Shown here one piece after another: positions 1-12,733 of a DNA stretch of 64,000 nt. Origin of the DNA: Sphagnum compactum. Taxonomy: Eukaryota. The notes under the pieces are model-generated. The model ran no database searches, had not been told where the DNA came from, and was given only the letters and a program-made list of their open reading frames with translations. The DNA lies in the NCBI GenBank assembly GCA_965153455.1, contig OZ234493.1, positions 12,824,213-12,888,212 on the forward strand, read 5' to 3'. Positions within the stretch are counted from its first letter, which is position 1. Every line of letters begins with the position of its first letter. The position numbers and the translations under genes are program-made.

Positions 1-1496
1 CAATGTCATTCATTACTCATCAAATAAAGTCTTTTAATCTTTTTTGTCTTCCATTCAAAGACTATGGTGATCTCAAGGCTCACCTCACCTCACCTCACCT
101 TATGGCAGGAGGAGAAAGAAACCCATCTTTCAAACTGAGAATATGAGATCCATCTTTGTTGCCTAAACCCTAACCCTAACCCTGTGCAGTGTGGGGTGGG
201 GGGAAATTGCCAAATTAGTGTGCAATTAAGTCATGTGCCACACAATTTTGGGGTTTTTATTTGCCATTTCAATCACTTGAATTGGATTTTCACTTGCTTT
301 GGTTCTATTCTTCTAGGTGTGAGAGAATTTGAGTTACCTCTACCCTAAACCCTAAAACATATTTGTTTTTTTTTTTTTTTTTTTGGGGATGTCCATTTTA
401 GTTTTTTTGGGTGATCTCCTAAGTATTAACCTTTGGTTCTATTCTAGTTCTAAGAGAGTTTGGGTTACCTATATTGTTTTGTGATATCCATGTTTTTTGG
501 GAGGTGTTATCTTGACAGTTAGCCCTCCATTCTATTCTCGGTTTGCGAGAAAGGGTGATTGTACAAACTCAACAAACCTACAAACTTCATATTTGCCACT
601 TTGCCAACTACTTTTGATTCCACCTCAATTTGCATGTTGCCATGAGGATTCTCACCTTGTCACATGTATGTCATGTCTATGTTTCTATGCACCTTTCTTG
701 GAAAGTTATACTTCATAGGGCTTTACATGAGCTACCCCATGAAGTAACTCCGCCTTCTCTATGCAATGTGTCAAGCATCATTACTCTTCTTCATACCAAG
801 CAATGCCATAATAGATGTGATCGAATTTGCATTAGGAATATCATTGTGCCTAAGGAAGTGAATGTCTTCGAAGACTTGATGTTATTGGGTGTCACTCCTT
901 TGATTAAGAATATGTAGTAATTTCGAATATTTGAACTATTGCAACTATTGATCATCATCTACACTCCTCTACATCCATATTCCACACAATGGAAAATCAA
1001 TGTTGTGATAAAAATAAAATCACTACAATAAACAAAAGTGCCCACAACTACCAAAAGGCCATTCCAAAACACAACGGTGGGTCTTTCCTGACCCAGCTTT
1101 TTAAAGTCTAATTCAAACTCAACCAAGCAGGGTCAAATGAAAAATCCTGACACATGAAAAAAAAAAGAGCTAACAATTCACCCAACATAGAGCAGAACAA
1201 AGATAAACAGAAATGACAGAAATAACCTGAACCCGATTATCACAAACACAATACAGTACTAAACTTGAAAGGGAACAGCAGAGTGTGTAGCTGCAGTCTC
1301 AATACCCTCATATATTTTCAATAAACTCAAAAGACTCTCCCCTCTCCATTGGGTCCCTAACCCAACTCCGCAAAAACATTTATTTCAGGCAAGAAAACAA
1401 ACGATTCGTACTCAAAGATTTGGACTTGGGTCATCCTGAAATGAGGAGAAGGAGACTTCTTCACAGACAGAGCGAGGCTTCACCCAACTTATATTA

Positions 1497-4400
1497 TTAG
1501 ACCATGTCTTCGTTTTCCAGTGATGATGGCAAGTTCTCTGTCGAAAGTACTTTTGTTTCGGCTTTTGTTACCGAACCCAACCTCTCCTCCAATGCCCGGG
1601 CACCTCGCTCCCTGTGTCCACCACCCAATCCCATGATCAGAACTATCTACTGACAATACATGTCCAGGCAGATAGTATCAACATTCACACAACGTACTGG
1701 ACAAGTGGATGCTGCACTCACAATTTGATGAGAACTTAACCAAACAATTTATTTACCTTCTGCGGTTGGCCTCCACAGGGTCGGAACCAGGAAGGGGCTT
1801 TCCAAGGTCAAAGTCCTGCCCTTCCTCCAGCACTTGATTCCTCCGCCCACAGAAGATCTTCTCAAAAACAGCAAAAATGGGATCGACAAGAGGTCTGCAC
1901 CCGAAAGCAAGGTACTCACAAAGTCAAGACCAAGAAAGGCTCTTGCGGGAACTGGAATGTGCAAGCAGCCTCCTGTTGGAACCAGAACTGGAACCCAGAA
2001 CCCGAAGGTCTATTTGGAACCCAGAACTAGACAAAAACTGGATTAGATGTGCCAGCACAAGAGAACATCAAGAGTGCTCTTTGTCTTGTGCTGTTGTAAC
2101 CAACAAGACAAAGAGAGATGATTCACACAAGATGATGCACTGATCCAATGCATAATGCTGAGGTTTACTTACTGTAAGAATCCTGGGAAGAACGTGGTGA
2201 GGGCGAATTCAGAACTCGCATCACCTTTGAAACCCGCCTCTGGTTTCCTTTGAAGATAGCGCAAGTAAAGCCAGGCGCCATAAGTACCAAACACAATGAA
2301 TGGCACAAAATGCATAGGCTCGTTTAAAATGATGCTAGCAATGAGCGCTGACAGCACAAACATTGAGGGTAACCACTGCAATCATCAAACCATACTATTG
2401 ACTGTCAGCAAACCAAAGCATGCAAAAAACTTTCTGGTACATCTCCAGCATGCAAACTGTCTGATACATTGCCGTCACAACTGCCACACGATTTGAAAAT
2501 CTAGACCTTGGAGTTGGGTCTTTTCATAAGAAACTCCTGACCCATCAGAGCAGTGACTAGTCACATATATGGATGATGCTTTCTTTACCTTGGCACGCAG
2601 CTTCAACAAGAATGGTACTTCTTGATCTGGCATTATCTGCTTCACCGCCACCAAAAAGCCAGCAATTACTCCATGAAATCCTGATACAGACACATACCTG
2701 CATAACGTGACATGCCAGTCAATGACCCACAACAAAAAAAAACAAAAAAAAAATCCTGAATGGGTATCAGGAACCTATTTCCTCATTTGTCTTTCTAAAT
2801 GACAATCTTCTTCTGACATTTCACAAGTACCTAAGCAAGCTTGTATCTGCAGAACTGTTTGTCACTCATCTCAGTGGTCCTGTCTAGACTCCTTGATTAT
2901 GTTCTCATCAATTTGTTTCAGCGGTATTAGATAAGAGACTTCATTTTTATGCAAACCCTAAAAAATCGTAAATGCACACAGAGAGAGAGTTAAGTGAAGC
3001 ATGTGGACTCACAAAAAGTCCCCCCTTCGTGAGACATAGTAGAGGAAGACGGCCAGAACAAAGGTGTTTGCAGAGGCAAAAAAGTTCACAAAGACAATGA
3101 ACTTAAGGAACTCCTTGGAACCCCAAAATGGCTCGAGCAACCTTCCAACAATAAGAAGAGCAGCAATGCTCACAATCAACTGTTGATACCCATAAAAAAG
3201 ATGAGGTGTAAGGACAAGTTCTGTCACAATTGTTCAGCACTCTCTCTCAAATTGCCAACCAGCAGAAAATCAAAAAGACACAGCAGCAGAAAATGGGTCA
3301 TAAAGATGAGAAAGAGACAAACATCTAGAAGAGCCTTTTACCAGGGAAGGAAGGAAGGAGACACTTACACTGAAGACGGATCTCTCTAGATAGCCCGCTG
3401 TCAAGACAGTCCACACAAAAGGAATGGATCTGCACCCACAACATGTTGTCTGTGCACGATCAGAGAAAGCAACATCCTCGCAGGAGGATGAGGTTTAATA
3501 GGAGAGCATTTGGCAACAAGTGTATGGTTCAGAATGCCCAAGCTAGATGTGCGCACTTCACTAATCATCATAAGGTCTTCATTGAAATGCAATGATATGA
3601 ACCCTAAGAGCAACACCACCAATGCACCACCGTATAGCAAGTTTTGGATGAAGAAAAGACAAAACATGCTGGTTTGGCTCAGCAAAATGGTTCTGGCCCA
3701 GCATTTTTGCACAGGATGTTGAGGCTGGCAAAATACACGGCAATGCCTAACACAGGTCTGCTGTTGACTGGCTATATGGTTTGATTGGTCCAGATGGGTC
3801 TATTGGTAGTCTCTCTCACCTTTTGCAATCCCAGTTCCAGTTTTATTGGAGAGTTTGGGAAAAAGTAAATAACTAATCTTGGATGTGAGAAATAAAGGGT
3901 CACGCATACTGAGCATGGGTGGAGCTGCTCTAAACCCACAATGAACCACCCTAAACCTTGCAATGACACAAGAATCTGAAGTTGGAGCATTACCTTCCAG
4001 GAATCAACGCCAGGTATTCCACAGGGAAAGGGAGTATGGAAGTCAAGAGAAAGCCAATTGCCAACAGTACAGCTAACCCTTTAGAAAGCCTTGTGAAGCC
4101 TGTAAACGGTCCTGCACCACCCTGCACAAGACACTCACAGAAGAAGCATCACATATGAACTTCCACAATGTATGTCCCATGGTTTCCTATCTGGACAAAC
4201 ATATCGACAACATAAAAACTAAATTTGGGTCATCACTCAAACTCAACATACTAAAGTTCAGGAAGTTCATACATCAAACTTGTGTGACAAAACCATAAGT
4301 TCATGAGCTTTATATCAGTGGGGTGTTGGTTGGAGTGTGACCCTTAAGCCTGATCCAGGCCGAAAATTCACATTTGTGAGTGGAAAAGCTCTGCAGTAAT

Positions 4401-5039
4401 AGGAAACCCTAAAATTTATAAAAATTATGACAAACCCAACTTCTATTTCTTGGTCTTGGGTTCTGTTTCAGTTGATTCTTAGTACCCCTTTTCTCTTTCT
4501 TTTTCTCTCCCAAGAAGAAGAAAGAGAATGGAACCAAGCTCTGCAGATCAAGGACACTTTCATAACTGCCACCTACGAAAAAGCTCAACAGAACAAAATG
4601 GGGTCCCTAACAAAGCTTGCAAGAGGAACTTAGGTTTAACATGAACATAGGGTTTTGAAGCTAGATTTCCCCATCCACACACATCATCAACAGCGGTAAA
4701 AATGCTAAAAGAGTTCAAAGAGAAGAAAGCCGCCTCATACTTAAATCCCCATCTCAAGAGCAATCTACAAACAGAGAAAGGATGACCACGAATGAGTGGA
4801 GTTCACAGAGATACACAACAAGCTTCCATTCTAAACCCCCTGAACTCCATGATCTACTTCTTGGGCATCCCCAATAATCACAAAAAAAGAGAACCAAAGG
4901 AAAAAAAAAAAAAAAAACCCTAACACCACAACACAATACTTTCCCACCAAGAAATCCAATAACAACAACAGAGCTTGGCATTGGGGTGGAGGACTTAGTG
5001 AATGAAGAAGAAGAAGAAATCATTTTTCACCTTTGCCAT
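1497..5039 (-). CDS. RBL19: Rhomboid-like protein 19 / TMEM115 family membrane protein, 8 coding exons
   Basis: Exons join at GT-AG sites: 5039-5031 (MAK), 4121-3994 (GGAGPFTGFTRLSKGL), ~3429-3369, ~3179-3012 (LLEPFWGSKEFLKFI), ~2697-2589 (GFHGVIAGFLVAVKQIMPDQE), ~2375-2173 (WLYLRYLQRKPE...FFP), ~1894-1756 (PLPGSDPVEANRRR), ~1612-1497 (ERGARALEERL...TAA). Motifs match plant RBL19. The 9-nt first exon is inferred from phase and context. Confidence 0.9.
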
Positions 5040-5499
5040 GATAGAAAGAAAGCAACCCACAAAACCAAAAACAGCAAATCTGTTGTCAGTTTTTTTCCAG
5101 TCACCCTTCCCTTTCCCTTCCTTTCCTTTCCTTCTTTCCTTGTCTGCAAAGAAACCCCAAACTCTCCACAGTCTTCTTGTCAACTCTTTTGAGAGCAAAT
5201 ACTCTAAGAAAAGGTATCAACTTGAGGAACACAACACTACTACTACTACTCCTACAAAATAAGTCAACAACAACAACAACAACAGAATGCAGAAGATGAT
5301 GATGACAAACTTGCCTGGAAAATGGGGAGTTTTCCTTATGAGGATATAAATGGGTAAGTTACACAAGAATTTTTTTAATAAAAAATTGTGTATGTCAAAT
5401 GCATGCATGCATACATGTATGTATGTATGTATGTATGTATGTATGGAGTCCAGGTTACATACATCCATCTAAGTGTTCTTGTTCATAGATGTGAGTGTG

Positions 5500-6230
5500 T
5501 CTGTGTGTATGTGTGTGTTTCTTTTGTGCTCATTTTGTGTACATATGTTGTTGAGTTTTTGTGTGTTTTTTGTGCTCATTTTGTATACATATGTTGTTGT
5601 GTTTTGTGTGTTTTTTTGGTGGCCATTTTCTGTTCATATGTTGTGTGTGTTTTTTTTGGGTGCTCTTTTTTGTGTTTTGTGTGTTTTTTTGGTGTCCATT
5701 TTGTGTTCATATGTTGTGTGTTTTTTTTGGGTGCTCTTTTTGTGTGTTTTTTTGGTGTCCATTTTGTGTTCATAAGTTGTGTGTTTGTTGGGTGCTCCTT
5801 TTGTGTGTTTTGTGTGTTTTTTGGTGTCCATTTTGTGTTCACATGTTGTGTGCTTTTTTTGGGTGCTCATTTTGTGTGTGTTTTTTATGTCCATTTTGTG
5901 TTCATAAGTTGTGTGTTTTTTTTGGGTGCTCCTTTTGTGTGTTTTGTGTGTTTTTTTGGTGTCCATTTTGTGTTCATATGTTGTGTTTTTTTTTTTTTGT
6001 GCTCTTTTTGTGTGTTTTTTTGGTGCCCATTTTGTGTTCATATGTTGTGTGTTTTTTTTGGGTGCTCCTTTCGTGTGTTTTTTTGGTTCCCATTTTGTGT
6101 TCATATGTTGTGTGTTTTTTTTTGGTGCTCCTTTTGTGTGTTTTTTTGGTGCCCATTTTGTGTTCATATATGTTGAGTGTGTGTGTTTTTGGTGTTCATT
6201 TTGTGTTGATATGTTGTGTGTTTGTGTGTG
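5500..6230. repeat. Degenerate T/G-rich tandem minisatellite, units ~45-57 bp, roughly a dozen copies
   Basis: The core GTCCATTTTGTGTTCATATGTTGTGTGTTTTTTTGGGTGCTC recurs throughout. It produces the repetitive Cys/Phe/Val ORFs in the track. Confidence 0.95.
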
Positions 6231-9211
6231 TGTCTTCCCATGATCCATCGCGAACATCTTTTTGCACCAACTAAATCAATAAGTTTTTAACTAAGGTTTA
6301 ACAAAAATAATAGTGTAGTGAATTGTCTTAATGTGAATTCAATTTGTATTGCACATAGATCTAATGGATGTTAACATAACATTCAAATGCAACATGTAAC
6401 TAGGTACACACTTCCATTTTTTGATTCTATGGTTTGTGTGAAGGTTGGACAATGTTTATTTTGCCATTCAACCTTTGTAATAAATCATTCAAATAATGTT
6501 GAACTTGTGTTAGTTTTATGTTTTCTTAACATGTCAAGTTTTATAAAAAGGGGTTTACATTTCATATCAATAATATTTTGAAAAGATTGTAAGGTTTAAT
6601 ACAATTGTTAAACCATCCTTCTGTGGTGGTGGGTGTTCTTGCATCAACCAAAACATCTAATACATTGGACATTCAAGGACTTATGACAAAATGATACAAC
6701 TATGTTATGTACATGATAGTGAAAGTGCTTCAATAACAAACAATTTCAAACATTGAGTTTTTAGACATTAAGTTTTCAACCTTTTAGTACATTTTAGTTT
6801 AATTCAGTTAGTTTGTTTTTAAAGTTTATTGATATTTTCAATTTTTTTTATTCCATATCATCACATTTCCTTTGACAAATAACATAAATTTCTTTTTCTT
6901 CTAATGCATCAAGTTGATTTGCTACAACACATAATTGGACTATTGGAGTTTTTTTGGTCCTTTTATTGTTTACTATTTTATATGGCATTTACAAATAATT
7001 GTCAAAAATCATTATTGAGTTTTTTCATTTTTAAGAATAAGTTTGCTTTTCTAAATTCATTTCTATAAAACAAATTTATAACTCATTTTTGTTATATATT
7101 TATTTATTTAAAATATTTTTCTAGAGGCTTGATGGTTTATAATATATAAGTTCTTAATACTTAATAATTATCTTAATTCATTTGTTTAATGTTAGATTTC
7201 TCTTTAGCTATCAATGCTTGCTTTTCAAATGGAATGGTATTAGGTTCACAATTAATTGACCATGTTTAGTGAAGCAAATTGTCTAAAAATTACACAATGG
7301 GAAAAGCTTAATATGAAAAATGATTAACTCAATTGAACAATGCACATATTGAACATCAAGAACAATTAAATTTTCTAGATAAACGATAAAACAAGTTAAT
7401 TGTGCATTTTATCATCTCTCATAATTTTGTTTGACGTTAAAATAAAAGGCAAAGCCATTATGTGAAATTGTTTGTTTTTTATGTGCACCACCACAATTAT
7501 GTATATTTTTGGAGGAAAATTTTGGCCATATAGGGACCTTAAAAAAATTCCAATCTCATTCATACACAAAAAATTTATTTTAAAAATGGGCCAAATTAAG
7601 TCACCATATTTTGAGGATTTTTTTCCCCTAAAATTACCATATTTAGATGTAAAGCATCACTAGTTTTTACTCTTTGTAGTTTTAGTACCTTCTTTTGGCC
7701 AAATAATTCTTTGACAACCTATTCAAATGACTTCTGTGGGGTGGAAGGTACCTACCAATTTGGCAAAGGAACTTCCACAAATGGGAAGTTATTGGTCGGG
7801 TTTTTTTTTAAACTTTGAAATTAATTTTTTTTCCTTTTGGATTTTTATTTTTTTATTTTAAAAAATGATATTAATTTCATTTAATTAATTATATTATTAA
7901 TATTATTAATTAATTGTATTTTTATTTTTTATTCCATTTTAATTCATTTAATTAATTCAATTTTCCATTTTTCTTTTTATTTTTCTTTTCGTTTTTTATC
8001 ATTACTTCTACAATGTTTTGTTTTCTATTTCAAGGTATGAAAATATTTTTCAAAAGAAACAAAACTTCAAGGCAAAACATATAGAAAACAAAAGTCCTTT
8101 TATTTGTCAAAGTGGCAAAATTACAAATTCAATATCACAAGGTCAAAATAATGAATTTGATGTCATTATGTTAAAATCAAATGTAGAAAGGATTCATAAG
8201 AGGAATCAATTATTGAAATCAAATGTACAAAATAAAAGATTTGTAAGAAGAAATGTTGCACAAAATCAATTCTTTTAGTGTTCACATGTCTTGGATACCA
8301 TTCACCCAATCCCAAATCCCATGAAAAATTATGAAAATAGTTCAAACTTAGAAGAAACAAATTCTAGAAAACCTCCCAACCTCCCCTTTCATGAGCAAAC
8401 ACCATGACAATCCCAAATCGTAACAACCCAAAACAAGACCTTGGGCATTTTCATGGATCCAAGACATTAACCTAATGTTACACTTTTTCCACAACTTTTC
8501 CCCCTAATCCTTTATTATGCAAGTGTTACAAACAAGAATCAAAGTTATAAAATGAAGTTTGTCAAAAATATAAAGCATCCAAAATGAACCAAAATTAGAC
8601 CTTATCTCCTACATTTGATATTCCTAAGGTGGCGAGAGACTTAAGATCAACTACATATGTAATGATAATAGGGCAATTCTGCAAATGGCTAAAGACATGG
8701 TCGAAGGTAGTGTTAACATTAATCATCTCAAGAAGGCAACATAGAAAAATGGTATCCAATTAATCCTTATACTTAGGTAGTTTTTTTTCAAACATGGTGT
8801 TCTAAAATGAATTTTTTGAATCCATTGTAGATCTAGATCTGTCGAATCTATCAATGCAAAAATTTTACAACTTGCACCACATTCTCCTCTCCATCCATAA
8901 AACCAACACCAATTGCACCAGGAACTCGACAGACAATCTTTCCTTAATTTGCAAAACCAATAGTAACATTACAACTAAAAGAAGGAACCCCAATAAGGAT
9001 GTCAAAAAGAGGTCCTCCAAATGCAACAACAATGGAAGAATCATGAACTCGAGGTATAGGAGAACTTCTAGCTACACCATTAAACAAAACACCAATAACA
9101 CTAATAGTATCAAAATGCGTTTTTCCAACAAAATCACTGTAAACCTACAAAATCAAAAATTATATAAGGAAAACAAACACAAAAACAAAAACATAAGACA
9201 ACAAGTCACTT

Positions 9212-11010
9212 ACCTTTTCATCCACCTATTTTAGTCTTTTCATATGCAACCTTCTCCTCGCTAAAAGCCTTTTCAAGATGCAGTAATTGGCTAGATCTGA
9301 ACTCACCAGAAATAATTTGCTACATCGCTCTATCATGTAAATATTTTTAATTTGGTTATACCTACAGAAATAACAAGTTGCCATTTCAGAAAAACATTAA
9401 ACAAATTCTAAAAAAAAAGTTCAAAAATTTACTTGCCACATGAAATAGGCTCCATGGGGCTTGTTACTTCCATACCATACTCATGAGGTACAAGTGCCTC
9501 TTCCATTCTTGTAATTCCAACACCTTGGTCCATCTTATACGACAACATTTTGTCACAAAAATCGAAGAAATCGACAGTTAGCTTGTCCACAATTAGACGA
9601 AACTGGTGACAACTAATAGGAATAGTCATAAACCATACCTCATTAGAAGCCTTCCATTTAGGCTTAGGACGTAGAAACAATAGACGTGGACCTAATTTTT
9701 CACCAAGCCACTAAGATAGACGTTGACAAGCAAGCTTTTTAAAAATCTCAATCACATTAGAAACCAGGCAATCAACTACAAGTTGATGTTGATATGTAGA
9801 ATATTGGATATGTCTATTATCTAGTTTTTAGAAATGCCCTAACAAAACCTTAGAACAATGCCAATAGATAAAAACAACAAATTGAACTCATCAAAATCCA
9901 CATCACAAAGTTCAAAACATCCCCTTATGAAAAAATTCCACAAGTAAAAAATCTTAACCACAAAATTAGGCCAGATGGGGAAATAGGTTAACACATTGTT
10001 TGTGCTAGCATTTGAGAAGATTCCACAATATCTTTAAAACAACAACAATAAATTGTGGAATTTTCACAAATTAATATCTTCATCAAGTGAAAGTTGTTGG
10101 TGATGAAACAACTTTGCAATCTTCAACAACAGGTCTTAATAAAACTATCAAAAAGTCAGATGTTCTACCTATTCAAGAAGACAGCAAAATGTTAGCACAA
10201 TTGTGAAGATTCCACAATCTTTTCGAATTTGTGAAGATATTAAATGGAACAACATGTGCTTGACTTGATTCCATAATTTGTTGTTGTTGCCTTTGCCTTG
10301 TCAAACATCCAATACCTTTTATAGTAAATTGGATATTACAAAAAGAAAAAACAATCAAAATGCAAATAACATGATTTTTGCAAAACATAAAAATTAATTA
10401 GAACAATAAATAATAATTAGAAAGCTAAAAAATAATTAGGTGTAGGGTTTCAAATTTAAGTCCCAAATCATATCAACTACAACATAGAAAGTTGTAGCAT
10501 GCCTTGAATAATTTGGAAAACTTGAAAATAAAAAATGAAAACAAAAAAAAGTAGAAATAAAAAAATGTCATGTTTTCTATAGAAGAAAACCTTGATTAGT
10601 CTTCCAACATAAAAACTACAAAGGCAAAAAATAGTTAAAATGGAAAACAAACTACAAAAAATTATGTACATAGTTTTAGGGTTTGGGAAAATCTCATAAA
10701 ACCTTAAACCTTAAAACAATTGCAAAAATAAGACAATAATTTAATTTAAAACAAAGGTGGGTAGAGATTACCTGGTTGGAGGATATAAGCTACCATCTTT
10801 TTTTGCAACTTGCAAAACAAAAGATGAAAACATATCAACCAAATCCTTAATAGAAGATTCATCCTCTACAAGATCTACGATTGATTTTGTTGTGTCAAGA
10901 CCACAAAAGATCTTCCACTCATCAAATGCATTTTTCGCCCAAAGTTCAACATGCTAGATAATTCTTCGACCTCCTTTGTTTACACTTTCAACTTCCTTCT
11001 CATCAATATG
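9212..11010 (-). pseudogene. Crypton-type tyrosine recombinase remnant with introns
   Basis: Minus-strand blocks in order: LWAKNAFDEW...LVDMFSSFVLQVAKKDGSLYPPT (10773-10950); IQFTIKGIGCLTRQ...FNIFT (10230-10335); SPSGL...FFIRGCFELCDVDFDEF (9880-9985, box I Arg); FLRPKPKW...WF...GITRMEEALVPHEYGMEVTSPMEPISCGK, then intron 9432-9362, then YNQ (Tyr codon at 9360-9358). In-frame stops are present. Confidence 0.8.
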
Positions 11011-11124
11011 CAAAAAATGACTTTTTGGAGGAAGATTTCTAATAGAAGAGTTAGGGCCTTTCCTTTCTCCAATATCAAATATAGTAACAATGAAATCACA
11101 GGTAGTAGTCAACTAACAATCAGA

Positions 11125-11335
11125 TGGACAAGAAACACAAACAAAGGTAGGATAGAGAATGGAATCAAATGTAAAACACACATTAATAAAAGTAAAAGAG
11201 AGAACGGAATCAAATGTAGTAGACGCACTAATAGAGGTAGGATAGAAAGTGGAATCAAATGAAGAAGACACATTGACAAAGGTAGGATAAAGAACAAAAT
11301 CGGATGCAAAAGAAATAACATTAATTATAAAGGAT
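11125..11335. repeat. Imperfect 45-bp tandem repeat, ~4-5 copies, inside the Crypton-like element
   Basis: AAAGGTAGGATAGAGAATGGAATCAAATG-like unit recurs at about 11143, 11188, 11233 and 11278. Confidence 0.8.
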
Positions 11336-12618
11336 GCATAAAAAAAATTGAAAAACATGAATTCAAAGGAATATCATACTCATCAAGGTTTAAAGAAATC
11401 TAAGGATAAAATATATGACCAAATAAATTGGGATTACATTTAAGAGGAGAGAACACATGAAATTGATAGACATTTTTAATGAGAAAACAAGAATCAATAA
11501 ACAATTCATTACTACAACAATAATCAACAAAGATGTCAGAACCATCAGTTGACCACATTAATTTACAAGCATCAGAAGTAAAACCGAAAGGAAGGCTAAC
11601 AAAAGGACCACTAAACATTATACAAAAACACAAAACAAGAGGGAAAGAATACTTCACAGGACAATGCTCATGGTTGCAACCACACAAACATTTGTGCCAT
11701 AAAAATACACAATAAAATTGAACTCCTGATTTTGCAAAACAAAACAAAGCGACATTAAAATCAATGCACACAACAAAACAAACAAAACTTGTAAGAAAAA
11801 CACCAAGGTATACATCCTTGCAAGACAAAATCACACGTGTGATGTTTGTGAGGTTACAATCACAAGATTGAGAAACCTGCAAAAAACACATAAACACATA
11901 AATTAGAAATAACACAAGTTGCACCAAAAAAAAAAAAGATTCCATGTTGTAGAAGAATCAACACTGTAAGAACAATTGCAATGCAAGAACATTTGTGATA
12001 GAAAAAATCAACGATGCAAAAGCAATTATGATGCAAGGACATTTGCGATGTAAGAATAATTGTAATGTAAGAACATTTGTGATGCACCAGAATCAACAAT
12101 GTAGGAGTGATTGTAATGTAGAAACACACGTGATGCACAAGAAGCTACAATTGAACAAAACCCATGGAAATCGTGCAATGAAACATAAACACGACTACAA
12201 TATTGAAACCACAAAGATAAACAACCACAAAGATAAACCCATAGCACAATGGAGCTGCAAGAGATGTTGAGTGAAAATTTCGCAAAGAAGCAACAATACA
12301 AAACAACAATAATATTGCTCTCACAACCAAAAACAAAGATGCAACACCAAGAGAGCACAAAATTCGAAGACAAAGAGACGATGCAAATGATAGAATGAGC
12401 AAATCGAAATGAACTTTGTTCCAAATTCAAAACCTTTTGCATTGTGGGATTTGCTTTTGCAAACATTGTGCGATCCATTTTTGGCAAAAGCGATGCAAAG
12501 TACTTCCCACTTATGGTGAAACAATGAGGGCCGTGAGATGATCGAATCCGACGGTGGAAATGTGATGACAAACAAGAGTCGTTGATCTTATGATCTAAAA
12601 AAACAGATGACGCTTTCC

Positions 12619-12733
12619 ATAGGTGAAGGGCATGTGTATGGGACCTTCCGGATTTTCGACGCTGACCCTTGGCCTCTTGGCCTCGGGCAGGATCTCAAAT
12701 CCGGAAGGTCCCATTCACAGGCCCTTCTCCTAT
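12619..12733. repeat. Inverted repeat / hairpin with 37-bp arms (34/37 paired) and a 41-nt spacer
   Basis: ATAGGTGAAGGGCATGTGTATGGGACCTTCCGGATTT (12619-12655) versus AAATCCGGAAGGTCCCATTCACAGGCCCTTCTCCTAT (12697-12733). Confidence 0.95.

Noticed and set aside
162-184. Telomere-like CCCTAAA/CCCTAA run
   Set aside because: Only ~3 units, and such motifs are scattered through the window. It is not evidence of a telomere or chromosome fusion.
497-940. Possible retroelement coding fragment
   Set aside because: It looks like decayed coding DNA, but no diagnostic gag, RT or integrase motif could be identified.
5388-6274. Long Cys/Phe/Val-rich and Lys/Thr/His-rich ORFs (up to 262 aa)
   Set aside because: They are translation artefacts of the tandem repeat, open in several frames on both strands.
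11400-12575. Two 181-aa minus-strand ORFs inside the Crypton-like element
   Set aside because: Low-complexity Cys/Phe/Val bias mirrors A-rich degenerate repeats on the opposite strand, and no motif is recognisable.
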